Positions 1 through 9,323 of a DNA stretch of 64,000 nt are shown here, in pieces (within the stretch, counting starts at the first letter, position 1; the number at the start of each line of letters is the position of its first letter). Source of the stretch: Pseudomonadota bacterium (lineage in GTDB: Bacteria > Pseudomonadota > Alphaproteobacteria > Rhodobacterales > Rhodobacteraceae); assembly GCA_038525395.1 (NCBI GenBank), contig JBCBHS010000002.1, positions 158,863-222,862 of the forward strand, given 5' to 3'. Made by a program: the position numbers and the translations under genes. The notes under the pieces were generated by a model that ran no database searches, was not told the DNA's origin, and worked only from the letters and a program-made list of their open reading frames with translations.

Positions 1-830
1 ACGTGGTCCATCAACTGCGCGTCGGTGCCCTTGTCCACCTGATCAAAGCCTTGCATGGAAAAGATATCGCCCACCTTGCCCACACCATAAACAGTGCGGC
101 CCGCGTCCTGCACCCAGTTGCTGAGGAGGGGCGCGGGCGGCGTGATGGCATAATCGCGCCGGTTGGGCGTGCGGGCAAAGGCGCCAGGGGTGCCCACGAA
201 AGGCCGCGCGATCACGCGGCCCACGCGCATCTCGTGCAGCACGGGCGCCACGGCGGCACATAGGTCGAGCAGGCGTTGAAGGCCAAAGGTCTCCTCATGC
301 GCTGCGATCTGAAACACGCTGTCGGCAGAGGTATAGCAGATGGGCCGCCCGCTGCGCATATGCGCGGCGCCGTCTTCAGCGATGATCGTGGTGCCCGAGG
401 CGTGGCGGTTGCCCAGGATACCGTCGACCCAAGCCGCGGCACAGACGGCGTCGACCACCTCAGGGGGGAATGTGGGCGTCGCGTCAGGGAAATAGTGCCA
501 GTCCCAAGGCACAGGCACGCCGGCAAGCTCCCAGTGGCCCGAGGGCGTGTCCTTGCCGCGCGACACCTCCGTCGCGGCACCAAAGGCCCCCGGTGCCGCC
601 GCTTCGCCCATGGCCAGCGCCATGGCCCCGCGCAGCCCCAGCGCATCCAGATGCGGCACATGCAGGGGGCCGCGCCGCCCGTCATCCGCGTCGCCCGCCG
701 CACAGGCCGCGATGATATGGCCCAGCGTGTTGGCGCCGGCGTCGGGCACCGTCCCGTTGAAATAGTCGCCCGCGTCGGGCGCCCCGCCAATGCCGACGGA
801 GTCCATGACCACAAGAAACGCACGCGCCAT
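1..830 (-). CDS. deoB: Phosphopentomutase, N-terminal part only (C-terminus lies beyond the left window edge)
   Basis: Not in the supplied ORF track (no stop inside the window). Hand translation of the minus strand from ATG at 830-828 gives [37 protein letters not shown]. Spot checks in the same frame give [20 protein letters not shown] (about 420-479), [20 protein letters not shown] (about 300-359) and [19 protein letters not shown] at the edge. The ATG shares one base with the deoA stop (TGATG). Track ORF 212..823(-) is the same DNA in a wrong frame. Confidence 0.85.
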   Translation of the reverse strand, partial: MARAFLVVMDSVGIGGAPDAGDYFNGTVPDAGANTLGHIIAACAAGDADDGRRGPLHVPHLDALGLRGAMALAMGEAAAPGAFGAATEVSRGKDTPSGHWELAGVPVPWDWHYFPDATPTFPPEVVDAVCAAAWVDGILGNRHASGTTIIAEDGAAHMRSGRPICYTSADSVFQIAAHEETFGLQRLLDLCAAVAPVLHEMRVGRVIARPFVGTPGAFARTPNRRDYAITPPAPLLSNWVQDAGRTVYGVGKVGDIFSMQGFDQVDKGTDAQLMDH

Positions 831-2137
831 CAGCCCACCCGGTCCAGGATCAAATCCGGCGTCGCGCCGGGTTTCGGACGCAGGGAAATCGCCGCGCGCA
901 GTGCAGCCTCCGCCCGGTCGGCATCCGCCGCGCGGGCGGCGTGCAGGACGGCCAGCGGCTGGCCCTTGGACAGCTTGTCGCCCAGGCGCACCACATCCGA
1001 CAGCCCAACGCTGGGGTTGATCTTGTCACTTTCCACCGCGCGCCCGCCGCCCAGGGCGACGACAGCCTGGCCCAAGGCCTCGCCGTCGATCGCGCTCACA
1101 TGGCCCGCGATGCGCGCGGGCACCTCGCGGATCACCGTCGCCTCGGGCAAGAACCGGGCCCAACTGCCCACAAACTGCATCGGCCCACCCATCGCGGCGA
1201 TCATCGTGCCGAACCGCTCTGCCGCCTGGCCGCTGGCGATGGCCCGGGCAATGGCGTCGGCGCCCGCCTGCACGTCCTTGGCCACGCCGCCATTGGCCAG
1301 CAGCACACCGCCCAGGGCCGCACAAATCTCGACCAGCGGCCCGGTGGTCCTGCCCGTCAGCACGCGCATCACCTCGGCCACTTCCAGCGCGTTGCCCAGG
1401 GACGGCGCCAGCGGCTGGTTCATGTCGGTGATCAACGCCGTGGTCTTGCAGCCCGCCGCATTGGCGGTCTTGACCAGCGCGTCGGCCAGGCCGCGGGCGG
1501 CCTCCATGTTCTTCATGAACGCGCCCGCGCCTACCTTGACGTCCAGCACCAGCCCATCCAGACCCGCCGCCAACTTTTTCGACAGGATCGAGGCGGTAAT
1601 CAGATCAAGGCTTTCCACCGTGGCGGTCACGTCACGCACCGCATAGAGGCGCTTGTCCGCAGGCGCGATGTCGGCGGTGGCGCCGACAATGGCACAGCCC
1701 GCCTTGCCCACCACATCGCGCAGGCGCTCCGCGCTCAGCTGGGTCGACACGCCCGGGATCGCCTCCAGCTTGTCCAGCGTGCCGCCCGTATGGCCCAGCC
1801 CACGGCCCGAGATCATCGGCACATAGGCCCCACAAGCCGCCAGGGCAGGGGCCAGCACGAGGCTGACGCAATCTCCCACGCCGCCGGTAGAGTGTTTGTC
1901 AAGCACCGGCCCGCCCAAATCCCACGCCAACACCCGCCCACTGTCGCGCATCGCCATCGTCAGCGCCACGCGCCCCACATCGCCCAGCCCGTTCAGGCAG
2001 ACAGCCATGGCAAAGGCGCCCGCCTGCGCATCCGTGACGCTGCCATCGGCCAGGCCGGTGGCGAACCAGCGCAGCTCGTCCCGGCTGGGCGTTTGGCGCT
2101 GGCGCAGTTTTGCGATGATGGCGCGGGCCGTGGTCAT
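830..2137 (-). CDS. deoA: Thymidine (pyrimidine-nucleoside) phosphorylase
   Basis: 435-aa ORF with the family signature [11 protein letters not shown] and a full-length glycosyltransferase-3-type layout. There is a 4-nt ATGA overlap with cdd upstream and the stop overlaps the deoB start. Confidence 0.93.
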   Translation of the reverse strand: MTTARAIIAKLRQRQTPSRDELRWFATGLADGSVTDAQAGAFAMAVCLNGLGDVGRVALTMAMRDSGRVLAWDLGGPVLDKHSTGGVGDCVSLVLAPALAACGAYVPMISGRGLGHTGGTLDKLEAIPGVSTQLSAERLRDVVGKAGCAIVGATADIAPADKRLYAVRDVTATVESLDLITASILSKKLAAGLDGLVLDVKVGAGAFMKNMEAARGLADALVKTANAAGCKTTALITDMNQPLAPSLGNALEVAEVMRVLTGRTTGPLVEICAALGGVLLANGGVAKDVQAGADAIARAIASGQAAERFGTMIAAMGGPMQFVGSWARFLPEATVIREVPARIAGHVSAIDGEALGQAVVALGGGRAVESDKINPSVGLSDVVRLGDKLSKGQPLAVLHAARAADADRAEAALRAAISLRPKPGATPDLILDRVG

Positions 2138-2532
2138 TCAGCGCCATCCAGATAGGCGGTGCTGAAGGCGCCGGGCAGCAATTGCGCCAGCGTCATGGTG
2201 GTTTCCACGCCGCCCGTGGTGGCCATGGTCACCACCACATCGCCCGCGCCAAATTCGGCCAGCTTTTGCCGGCAGCCGCCGCAGGGCGTCACGGGCATCG
2301 GGCTGCCCGCCACCACATAGACGGCGGCAATCTCACGCTCGCCCGCCGCGACCATGGCCGCGATGGCACCCGCCTCGGCACAGGTGCCTTCGGGATAGGC
2401 CACGTTTTCGACGTTGCAGCCGGTGTATACCGTGCCCGCGGTGGTCTCGATCGCCGCCCCCACCTGAAAGTTGGAATAGGGCGCATGGGCATTGGCGCGC
2501 ACGGCCAGCGCTGCGGTTTTAAGGTCAGTCAT
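2134..2532 (-). CDS. cdd: Cytidine deaminase
   Basis: 132 aa. Zinc-binding motifs CAEAGAI and PCGGCRQ are present. First gene of the cdd-deoA-deoB operon. Confidence 0.92.
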   Translation of the reverse strand: MTDLKTAALAVRANAHAPYSNFQVGAAIETTAGTVYTGCNVENVAYPEGTCAEAGAIAAMVAAGEREIAAVYVVAGSPMPVTPCGGCRQKLAEFGAGDVVVTMATTGGVETTMTLAQLLPGAFSTAYLDGAE

Positions 2533-2567
2533 CGTCGCGTCCTTCTTTCCTGCGCGCCGCGGGGCGA

Positions 2568-3656
2568 TCAGCCCATCACCCGCGTGGCAAAGACGCCGGG
2601 CAGGGACACCTCGAGCAGTTCTAGATCATCCGAAGGCTCTGCATAGCGCACCGCCATGCCTGGTGGAATAACAAAGGCGTCGCCCGGCTCAAGGGGGAAA
2701 GGATCGCGGCCTTCCCCCTCCAGCACCATCCGGCCCTCCATCACGAAGGTGAACAGGATGTCGCTGTCATGCACGCAGCGCTGGGTCGCGCCGTGGCTCC
2801 GCCGGGCCACCTGCACGCCTGCGACACCTTCGGTGCCATCGGCAATCCCGGTGTCCCGCGCGTCAAAGCCCGGCAGGCGAAACGGCCCCCACACCGCCGC
2901 GTCCACCCTGTGATGCACAAACCGCTGCCCCTGAAACCGGCGCAACGGGTTCGGCTGGCCGTTGGGCAGCGCCATCTCGTGGTCGATGGTGGTGATATGC
3001 TCGGCAGGCACGCCGATCTCGATCACCTCGATATTGTCGCTGGCAAACAGCACCCGGTGCCGGATCTCGGGCGGCTGGATCACGCAGCACCCTGTATGCA
3101 GCCGGAACGGATCGCCCTGATCCTCGTAAACCAGGTCGACCCAGCCGCGATAGCAATAGATCAGCTGAAACCCGACGGTGTGGTAATGCACCATGTCCGG
3201 CACCGGCCCGCCATCTGGGATGCGGATATGGCTGGCAATGATCGACCCGCCCAACCGGTCGGGGATCAGATCGCGGTAATGCATGCCCGCGCGCCCGATG
3301 ACCCATGGCGCCTGATCCGCCAGGCGGCGCACGACAAAGCTGTGCACCGTCTCGGGCATCACCAGGGGGGCATGCAGCGCCGCAATCTCGACCCGTGTGC
3401 CATTGGGCGCAGTCAGCAGCCGCGCACCATCCGCAAAGCTGTCGGGATCCTCGGTCAACACCCGCAAGGTGCCCGGCGGCTCCTCGGCCCCCGTCTCTAG
3501 CCGCACGCGCAGCCCATGGCCCGAAAATACGGCAACCGCAGGGTCATCGGCGGGATAGATCATATCCATCCGAAACCCCAAAACCTTGGTGAAAAACGGA
3601 ATATCGTCCTGCAGCGCCTGCGTGGGCAGCCGGATCTCGGCACGCGTCTCTACCAT
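2568..3656 (-). CDS. VOC (glyoxalase-like) N-terminal segment fused to two cupin-like barrels; function unknown
   Basis: 362-aa ORF with coding-like composition. N-terminus FFTKVLGFRMDMIYPADDP...GHGLRVRLE resembles VOC/glyoxalase. Two later segments (YHTVGFQLIYCYRGWVDLVYE...; ILFTFVMEGRMVLEGE...GDAFVIPPG) look like cupins. Family-level call only. Confidence 0.65.
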   Translation of the reverse strand: MVETRAEIRLPTQALQDDIPFFTKVLGFRMDMIYPADDPAVAVFSGHGLRVRLETGAEEPPGTLRVLTEDPDSFADGARLLTAPNGTRVEIAALHAPLVMPETVHSFVVRRLADQAPWVIGRAGMHYRDLIPDRLGGSIIASHIRIPDGGPVPDMVHYHTVGFQLIYCYRGWVDLVYEDQGDPFRLHTGCCVIQPPEIRHRVLFASDNIEVIEIGVPAEHITTIDHEMALPNGQPNPLRRFQGQRFVHHRVDAAVWGPFRLPGFDARDTGIADGTEGVAGVQVARRSHGATQRCVHDSDILFTFVMEGRMVLEGEGRDPFPLEPGDAFVIPPGMAVRYAEPSDDLELLEVSLPGVFATRVMG

Positions 3657-3671
3657 CTGCGCTCCCCTTCA

Positions 3672-3724
3672 CTTTGCCAAATAAACTCCGGGGGAATTGC
3701 GAATGCAATGGGGGCAGAGCCCCC
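3672..3724. repeat. Intergenic composite repeat, copy R1 (arm in reverse orientation plus GGGGG-cagag-CCCCC hairpin)
   Basis: CTTTGCCAAATAAACTCCGGGGG (3672-3694) is the reverse complement of the CCCCCGGAGTTTATTTGGCAAAG arm variant also seen at 22.9/23.07 kb. Hairpin GGGGGCAGAGCCCCC lies at 3710-3724. Confidence 0.55.
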
Positions 3725-3862
3725 TAAACAGATCGCGTGCGCGCAGCGCCCCTTTGGATCACATTCGCGGACACTGCCCGACAGACATCACCAAACATCA
3801 ATTGGCGCGCGCAGCAGTTTGGTTTAACGCTCAACCAAATGCGACGACCCCAGGGGGATCCC

Positions 3863-6136
3863 ATGTCCGACACACCCAATCTGCGCGAGGCGGCCCTCGC
3901 CTATCACGCCTTTCCCAAGCCCGGTAAGCTGGAAATCCGCGCGACCAAGCCGATGGCCAACGGGCGCGATCTGGCGCGGGCCTATTCGCCCGGGGTGGCC
4001 GAGGCCTGCCTCGAGATCAAGGCCGACCCGGCGGACGCCGCCCGCTATACCGCGCGGGGCAACCTGGTGGCGGTGGTGACCAACGGCACGGCGGTGCTGG
4101 GCCTGGGCAATATCGGCGCGCTCGCCTCCAAACCGGTGATGGAGGGCAAGGCGGTCCTGTTCAAAAAATTCGCCTCCATCGACTGCTTTGATATCGAGGT
4201 AAACGAGAGCGACCCGGAAAAGCTTGCGGATATCGTCTGCGCGCTCGAACCCACCTTCGGCGCCATCAACCTCGAAGACATCAAGGCGCCCGACTGTTTC
4301 ATCGTCGAAAAGCTGTGCCGCGAGCGGATGAACATCCCCGTCTTCCACGATGACCAGCACGGCACCGCCATCGTCGTGGGGGCGGCGGCCAAGAACGCGC
4401 TGCACGTGGCGGGCAAGGCGTTCGAGGACATCAAGATCGTCAGCACCGGGGGCGGGGCCGCGGGCATCGCCTGCCTCAACATGCTGCTCAAGCTGGGCGT
4501 CAAGCGCGAGAATGTGTGGCTGTGCGATATCCACGGGTTGGTCTACGAGGGCCGCGAGGTCGACATGAACCCGGCCAAGGCCGCCTTTGCCCAAGCCAGC
4601 GACAAGCGCACGCTGGACGAGGTCATGGACGGGGCGGACCTGTTTTTGGGCCTGTCCGGCCCAGGCGTGCTCAGCCCCGAAAACGTGGCCAAGATGGCGC
4701 CGCGCCCGATCATCTTTGCCCTGGCCAACCCCACGCCCGAAATCCTGCCGGACCTGTGCCGCGCCGTGGCACCCGATGCGATCATCGCCACCGGGCGCAG
4801 CGATTTTCCCAATCAGGTCAACAACGTCCTCTGCTTTCCCTTCATCTTTCGCGGGGCGTTGGATGTGGGGGCCACGACCATCAATGACGAGATGCAGCTG
4901 GCCTGCATCGACGGCATCGCCGCCCTGGCGCGCGCGACGACCAGCGCCGAGGCGGCGGCGGCCTATAAGGGCGAGCAGCTGACCTTTGGCCCGGATTACC
5001 TGATCCCCAAACCCTTCGACCCGCGCCTTGTGGGCATTGTCAGTTCGGCTGTGGCCAAGGCGGCGATGGACACCGGCGTTGCCACGCGGCCCATCGCTGA
5101 CATGGAGGCTTACAAGACCACGCTGGACGGGTCGGTGTTCAAATCCGCCTTGCTGATGCGCCCGGTCTTTGACGCCGCCCGCGCCACCGCGCGCCGCATC
5201 GTGTTCGCCGAGGGCGAGGACGAGCGGGTGCTGCGCGCAGCCCAGGCTATGGTCGAAGAAACGACAGAGCGGCCGATCCTCATCGGCCGGCCCGAGGTGA
5301 TCGAGGCGCGCATCGCACGCGCAGGGCTGACCATCCGCATCGGCGACACGGTCGACTTGGTGAACCCCGAAAACGACCCCCGCTACCGCGATTATTGGGA
5401 GACGTATCACGAGCTGATGTGCCGCCAGGGCGTCACGCCGGACCTCGCCCGCGCCATCATGCGCACCAACACCACGGCCATCGGTGCGGTCATGGTCCAC
5501 CGGGACGAGGCTGACAGCCTGATCTGCGGCACCTTTGGCGAGTTTCGCTGGCATCTGAACTACATCACCCAGGTGCTGGGCCGCGCGGGCCACCACCCCG
5601 TGGGCGCGCTCAGCATGATGATCCTTGAGGACGGGCCACTCTTTATCGCCGACACCCAGGTGCATCTGCACCCCGAGCCAGACAAGATCGCCGAGATCGC
5701 GGTAGGCGCTGCGCGCCATGTGCGCCGCTTTGGGATCGAACCGCAGATCGCCTTTTGCTCGCAAAGCCAGTTTGGCAACCAGGGCGACGGGTCGGGCTGG
5801 CGCCTGCGCGAGGCGATCCGCATGCTGGACGCGGCGGGCCATGACTTCTGCTATGAGGGCGAGATGAACATCGACACCGCCCTCGACCCCGAGCTGCGCG
5901 CGCGGCTGTTTCCCGGCAACCGGATGGCGGGGCCGGCGAATGTTCTGGTCTTCGCCCATGCCGATGCCGCCTCTGGCGTACGCAACATTCTCAAGATGAA
6001 GGGCGGCGGGCTCGAGGTCGGGCCGATCCTGATGGGCATGGGCAACCGCGCCCATATCGTGTCACCGTCGATCACGGCGCGCGGGCTGTTGAACATGTCC
6101 GCTGTGGCGGGCACGCCGGTGACGCATTACGGCTGA
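3863..6136 (+). CDS. maeB: NADP-dependent malic enzyme (malic enzyme domain plus C-terminal phosphotransacetylase-like domain)
   Basis: I prefer the ATG at 3863 (SD-like AGGGGGA 6 nt upstream) over the track start at 3737. 757 aa, starting [30 protein letters not shown]... Malic-enzyme N-terminal and NAD(P) domains are followed by a ~330-aa PTA-like tail, the typical MaeB architecture. Confidence 0.93.
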   Translation: MSDTPNLREAALAYHAFPKPGKLEIRATKPMANGRDLARAYSPGVAEACLEIKADPADAARYTARGNLVAVVTNGTAVLGLGNIGALASKPVMEGKAVLFKKFASIDCFDIEVNESDPEKLADIVCALEPTFGAINLEDIKAPDCFIVEKLCRERMNIPVFHDDQHGTAIVVGAAAKNALHVAGKAFEDIKIVSTGGGAAGIACLNMLLKLGVKRENVWLCDIHGLVYEGREVDMNPAKAAFAQASDKRTLDEVMDGADLFLGLSGPGVLSPENVAKMAPRPIIFALANPTPEILPDLCRAVAPDAIIATGRSDFPNQVNNVLCFPFIFRGALDVGATTINDEMQLACIDGIAALARATTSAEAAAAYKGEQLTFGPDYLIPKPFDPRLVGIVSSAVAKAAMDTGVATRPIADMEAYKTTLDGSVFKSALLMRPVFDAARATARRIVFAEGEDERVLRAAQAMVEETTERPILIGRPEVIEARIARAGLTIRIGDTVDLVNPENDPRYRDYWETYHELMCRQGVTPDLARAIMRTNTTAIGAVMVHRDEADSLICGTFGEFRWHLNYITQVLGRAGHHPVGALSMMILEDGPLFIADTQVHLHPEPDKIAEIAVGAARHVRRFGIEPQIAFCSQSQFGNQGDGSGWRLREAIRMLDAAGHDFCYEGEMNIDTALDPELRARLFPGNRMAGPANVLVFAHADAASGVRNILKMKGGGLEVGPILMGMGNRAHIVSPSITARGLLNMSAVAGTPVTHYG

Positions 6137-6235
6137 GCGGGCTGAATAAATCACCCACGGGTTTGTGTGGGCGATCCTCTGGTGCCGCGGCATGGGCGTC
6201 ATATCTTTGGGCTGCAACCGATAGGGGTGACTGCC

Positions 6236-6499
6236 ATGATCCGACCACTTGTCCTAAGCCTTGCCGCGACCCTGGGCCTGGCGGCCTGCGCCGAAGTGGT
6301 CAGCGAGCGTGAGGGCGTGTTTGTCTATCGCGGCGACACCTTGCGCGCGGTCACGCGCACGTTCTCGACCGGGGATGGGTCCTTTACCAAACGCTACATC
6401 TATTCCCGCCCGCGCACGGTCAGCTGTTCGGCCACAGATGACCTGGATTGCGTGGCCGCGATCCGCGAAAGCCGCATCGACAGCAACGACGGGCCGTAG
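6236..6499 (+). CDS. Small lipoprotein, paralogue 1 (unknown family)
   Basis: Internal ATG at 6236 gives MIRPLVLSLAATLGLAAC with a lipobox (LAAC). 87 aa. About 40 percent identical to the next ORF, including AVTRT and SCSATDD-DC-AA blocks. Confidence 0.6.
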   Translation: MIRPLVLSLAATLGLAACAEVVSEREGVFVYRGDTLRAVTRTFSTGDGSFTKRYIYSRPRTVSCSATDDLDCVAAIRESRIDSNDGP

Positions 6500-6592
6500 C
6501 CGGGGTCGGGTTTGCCGCACTTGACCGCACGGCCCGTTTCGTGCGCGATTGGCGCACGACAGCACATCCACGACCCGATCGGAGACGACCCC

Positions 6593-6853
6593 ATGCACCG
6601 CCTCGCCCTTTTGATGCTTCCCTTGATCTTGGCCGCCTGTTCCGAGGTGGTCGCCGAACGCGAGGGTACGTTCCGATTTGAGGGCGAGGATTATCGCGCG
6701 GTGACACGCACGCTAGAGGTCAACGGCCGGACCTTTGACCGGCGCGTGGTCTATTACGATTTCAACGCCATCAGCTGTTCCGCCACCGATGATGTCGATT
6801 GCGAGGCGGCGATGCGGGCAGGCCCCCTGAACCGCAACACCTGGGATCGCTAA
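6593..6853 (+). CDS. Small lipoprotein, paralogue 2 (unknown family)
   Basis: Internal ATG at 6593 gives MHRLALLMLPLILAAC (lipobox). 86 aa. Shares C-EVV-EREG-F, RAVTRT and SCSATDDVDCEAAMR with the upstream paralogue. Confidence 0.6.
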   Translation: MHRLALLMLPLILAACSEVVAEREGTFRFEGEDYRAVTRTLEVNGRTFDRRVVYYDFNAISCSATDDVDCEAAMRAGPLNRNTWDR

Positions 6854-6948
6854 CGGCGCAAATTGCGGGGTTGTTCGCGCTCACAGCCCCTTGCCCCCAC
6901 GCCCTGACCGCGCGTAACCCTTGTCCCCAGACCAAGAGGGAGGACGCC

Positions 6949-8838
6949 ATGGGGTATCGCGAGGAATATGAGCGCTGGCAGCAGGACCCGGAGGGGTGGT
7001 GGCTGCAGGCGGCGGATGCGATTGACTGGGTGACGCCTCCGACCCGGGCGCTGTTTGACCGGGGGGATCACCTCTATGAGTGGTTTGCCGAGGCCGAGGT
7101 GAACACCTGCTGGAACGCGGTGGACCGCCATGTCGCGGCGGGGCGCGGCGACCAGGTCGCCATCATCCACGACAGCCCCATTACCGGCACGCAGTGGACC
7201 CTGACCTATGCCGCGCTGCGCGATCAGGTGGCGCAGCTGGCGGGGGCGCTGGCGGCTAAGGGCGTGGGCCTGGGCGACCGCGTGATCATCTATATGCCGA
7301 TGGTGCCCGAGGCGCTGGTCGCGATGCTGGCCTGCGCGCGCCTGGGGGCTGTCCATTCGGTGGTGTTTGGTGGCTTTGCCGCGAACGAGCTGGCGGTGCG
7401 CATTGACGATTGCGCGCCCAAAGCGATCATCGCCGCCTCATGCGGGATCGAGCCGGGGCGCGTGGTGGCCTACAAGCCGCTGCTGGATGGCGCGATTGAC
7501 ATGGCCGATGCCGCGCCGGAGTTCTGCGTCATCCTGCAACGCGCGCAGGGCCCGTGTGACCTGGGCCCCCGCGACGTCGATTGGCATGCGTTTCAAGAGG
7601 GGGCAGCGCCTGCGGACTGCGTGCCCGTGCCGGGCAATCACCCGGCCTACATCCTTTACACCTCCGGCACCACCGGCGCGCCCAAGGGCGTTGTGCGCCC
7701 CACGGCGGGGCATTTGGTGGCGCTGAACTGGACGATGAGGAACATCTATCAGGTGGACCCGGGCGAGGTGTTTTGGGCGGCGTCCGATGTGGGCTGGGTC
7801 GTGGGCCACAGCTATATCTGCTATGCGCCGCTGATCCACGGCAACACGACCGTGGTGTTCGAGGGCAAGCCCGTGGGCACGCCCGATGCGGGCACGTTCT
7901 GGCGCGTGATCGAAGAGCATGGGGTAAAGTCGTTCTTTACCGCGCCAACGGCGATCCGCGCGGTCAAGCGGGAGGACCCCAAGGGCGCCGAGCGCGCCAA
8001 GTATGACCTCAGCGGGCTGCGTGCGCTGTATCTGGCGGGCGAGCGGGCCGATCCCGACACCATCGAATGGGCGCAGGACATCCTGGGCGTGCCGGTCTAC
8101 GATCACTGGTGGCAGACCGAGACGGGTTATACCATCGCGGGCAACCCCGCGGGTCTAGAGGCGCTGCCGGTCAAGATCGGCTCACCCACCGTGGCGATGC
8201 CGGGCTATGACGTGCAAATCCTGGACGATGCGGGCCATCCCGTTGCGGCGGGCGAACTGGGCGCCATCGCGATCAAGCTGCCCTTGCCGCCCGGCACTTT
8301 GCCAACACTGTGGAATGCCGAGGACCGGTTCAAGTCGTCCTACTTGAACGCGTTCCCCGGCTATTACGAGACGGGCGATGCGGGGATGATGGATGAGGAC
8401 GGGTATCTGTACATCATGGCGCGCACCGATGACGTGATCAACGTGGCAGGCCACCGGCTGTCCACCGGCGCGATGGAAGAAGTGCTGGCGGGACACCCGG
8501 ACGTGGCGGAATGCGCCGTGGTCGGTGTGTCGGATGCGCTGAAGGGGCAGGCGCCCCTGGGCCTGTTGTGCCTGACGACCGGCGTGAACCGCCCGCATCC
8601 CGAGATTGTGGCCGAGTGCGTCAAGCGCGTGCGCGATCAGATTGGCCCGGTGGCCGCGTTCAAACAGGCGGTGGTCGTGGACCGGCTGCCCAAGACGCGG
8701 TCGGGCAAAATTCTGCGCGCCACGGTGGTCAAGATAGCGGACAACGAGGCATACAAAATGCCCGCGACCATCGACGATCCGGCCATTTTGGATGAGATCA
8801 AAGAGGCGCTGCAAACCCTCGGCTATGCCCAAGGTTAA
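6949..8838 (+). CDS. prpE: Propionate--CoA ligase (ACS-family AMP-forming acyl-CoA synthetase)
   Basis: ATG at 6949 preceded by GAGGGAGGA. 629 aa. N-terminus MGYREEYERWQQDPEGWWLQAADAIDW fits the PrpE pattern. AMP-binding motif YTSGTTGAPKG and C-terminal PKTRSGKILR are present. Confidence 0.82.
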   Translation: MGYREEYERWQQDPEGWWLQAADAIDWVTPPTRALFDRGDHLYEWFAEAEVNTCWNAVDRHVAAGRGDQVAIIHDSPITGTQWTLTYAALRDQVAQLAGALAAKGVGLGDRVIIYMPMVPEALVAMLACARLGAVHSVVFGGFAANELAVRIDDCAPKAIIAASCGIEPGRVVAYKPLLDGAIDMADAAPEFCVILQRAQGPCDLGPRDVDWHAFQEGAAPADCVPVPGNHPAYILYTSGTTGAPKGVVRPTAGHLVALNWTMRNIYQVDPGEVFWAASDVGWVVGHSYICYAPLIHGNTTVVFEGKPVGTPDAGTFWRVIEEHGVKSFFTAPTAIRAVKREDPKGAERAKYDLSGLRALYLAGERADPDTIEWAQDILGVPVYDHWWQTETGYTIAGNPAGLEALPVKIGSPTVAMPGYDVQILDDAGHPVAAGELGAIAIKLPLPPGTLPTLWNAEDRFKSSYLNAFPGYYETGDAGMMDEDGYLYIMARTDDVINVAGHRLSTGAMEEVLAGHPDVAECAVVGVSDALKGQAPLGLLCLTTGVNRPHPEIVAECVKRVRDQIGPVAAFKQAVVVDRLPKTRSGKILRATVVKIADNEAYKMPATIDDPAILDEIKEALQTLGYAQG

Positions 8839-8894
8839 AACGCGGTAGGCACGCTAGGCGCGTAACAAAGCAGTGCGCGCGTCAGGCGCGCAAT

Positions 8895-8937
8895 AAAAAA
8901 GCGCCGCTGGGTCGGGGGGCGATCCTGCGGCGCTTTT
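8895..8937. terminator. Bidirectional intrinsic terminator between prpE and csbD
   Basis: AAAAAA-GCGCCGC-(19 nt)-GCGGCGC-TTTT. The stem arms are 8901-8907 and 8927-8933, flanked by an A-run and a T-run, between convergent genes. Confidence 0.7.
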
Positions 8938-8956
8938 CATGTGGATGCGAAAGGCT

Positions 8957-9166
8957 TTAGAACTTGGCCTTCTGCTCTGCCACAAATTCATCGATCTGGG
9001 ATTCGGCCTCATCCTTGGCGATGCCATAGCGTTCCTGGATCTTGCCTGCCAGGATCTCCCGGTCGCCTTCGGCCTCTTGCAGATCGTCGTCGGTCAGCTC
9101 GCCCCACTTGGCCTTGGCCGAGCCGGTGAGTTGCTTCCAGTTGCCTTTGATCATGTCCATATTCAT
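8957..9166 (-). CDS. CsbD-family stress-response protein
   Basis: 69 aa from ATG 9166 (SD GGAGAGA): MNMDMIKGNWKQLTGSAKAKWGELTDDDLQEAEGDREILAGKIQERYGI..., the classic CsbD signature. The longer track ORF (to 9418) has an implausible N-terminus. Confidence 0.85.
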   Translation of the reverse strand: MNMDMIKGNWKQLTGSAKAKWGELTDDDLQEAEGDREILAGKIQERYGIAKDEAESQIDEFVAEQKAKF

Positions 9167-9202
9167 GTCGTCTCTCCATCTGTGATGTGTCGTTGTCAGA
9201 GG

Positions 9203-9228
9203 AACGCGCGTGGGTCTGCTGGGGTTCC
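9203..9228 (-). promoter_or_regulatory. EcfG-type (general stress response sigma factor) promoter candidate for csbD
   Basis: The minus strand reads GGAAC-cccagcagacccacgcg-CGTT (N17). The CGTT lies about 37 nt upstream of the csbD ATG. GGAAC-N16/17-CGTT is the established alphaproteobacterial EcfG consensus. Confidence 0.5.
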
Positions 9229-9323
9229 ACAGAATGTTTGGCCCTTGCGACGATGGTCCCTGCCATGCCCCCGTTGACCGATTGGCGCAGGGCCGCCTTA
9301 CTGGCGGGCAGGGGGGCGCCACG

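Noticed and set aside
212-823. Track [25 protein letters not shown]... (203 aa, minus strand).
   Set aside because: It is an out-of-frame reading of the deoB coding region. The neighbouring frame gives a canonical phosphopentomutase sequence.
3824-6055. 743-aa ORF antisense to maeB. The same applies to the other very long antisense or shadow ORFs in the track: 9992..13000(+) 1002 aa, 17692..19968(+) 758 aa, 20820..22838(+) 672 aa, 29947..32169(-) 740 aa, 43530..45875(-) 781 aa and 49099..50823(-) 574 aa.
   Set aside because: These are typical high-GC shadow ORFs. They are Arg/Gly/Pro/His-rich with no recognisable domains, and each lies opposite genes with unambiguous family signatures and sensible starts and SD sequences. 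I see no evidence they are expressed genes.
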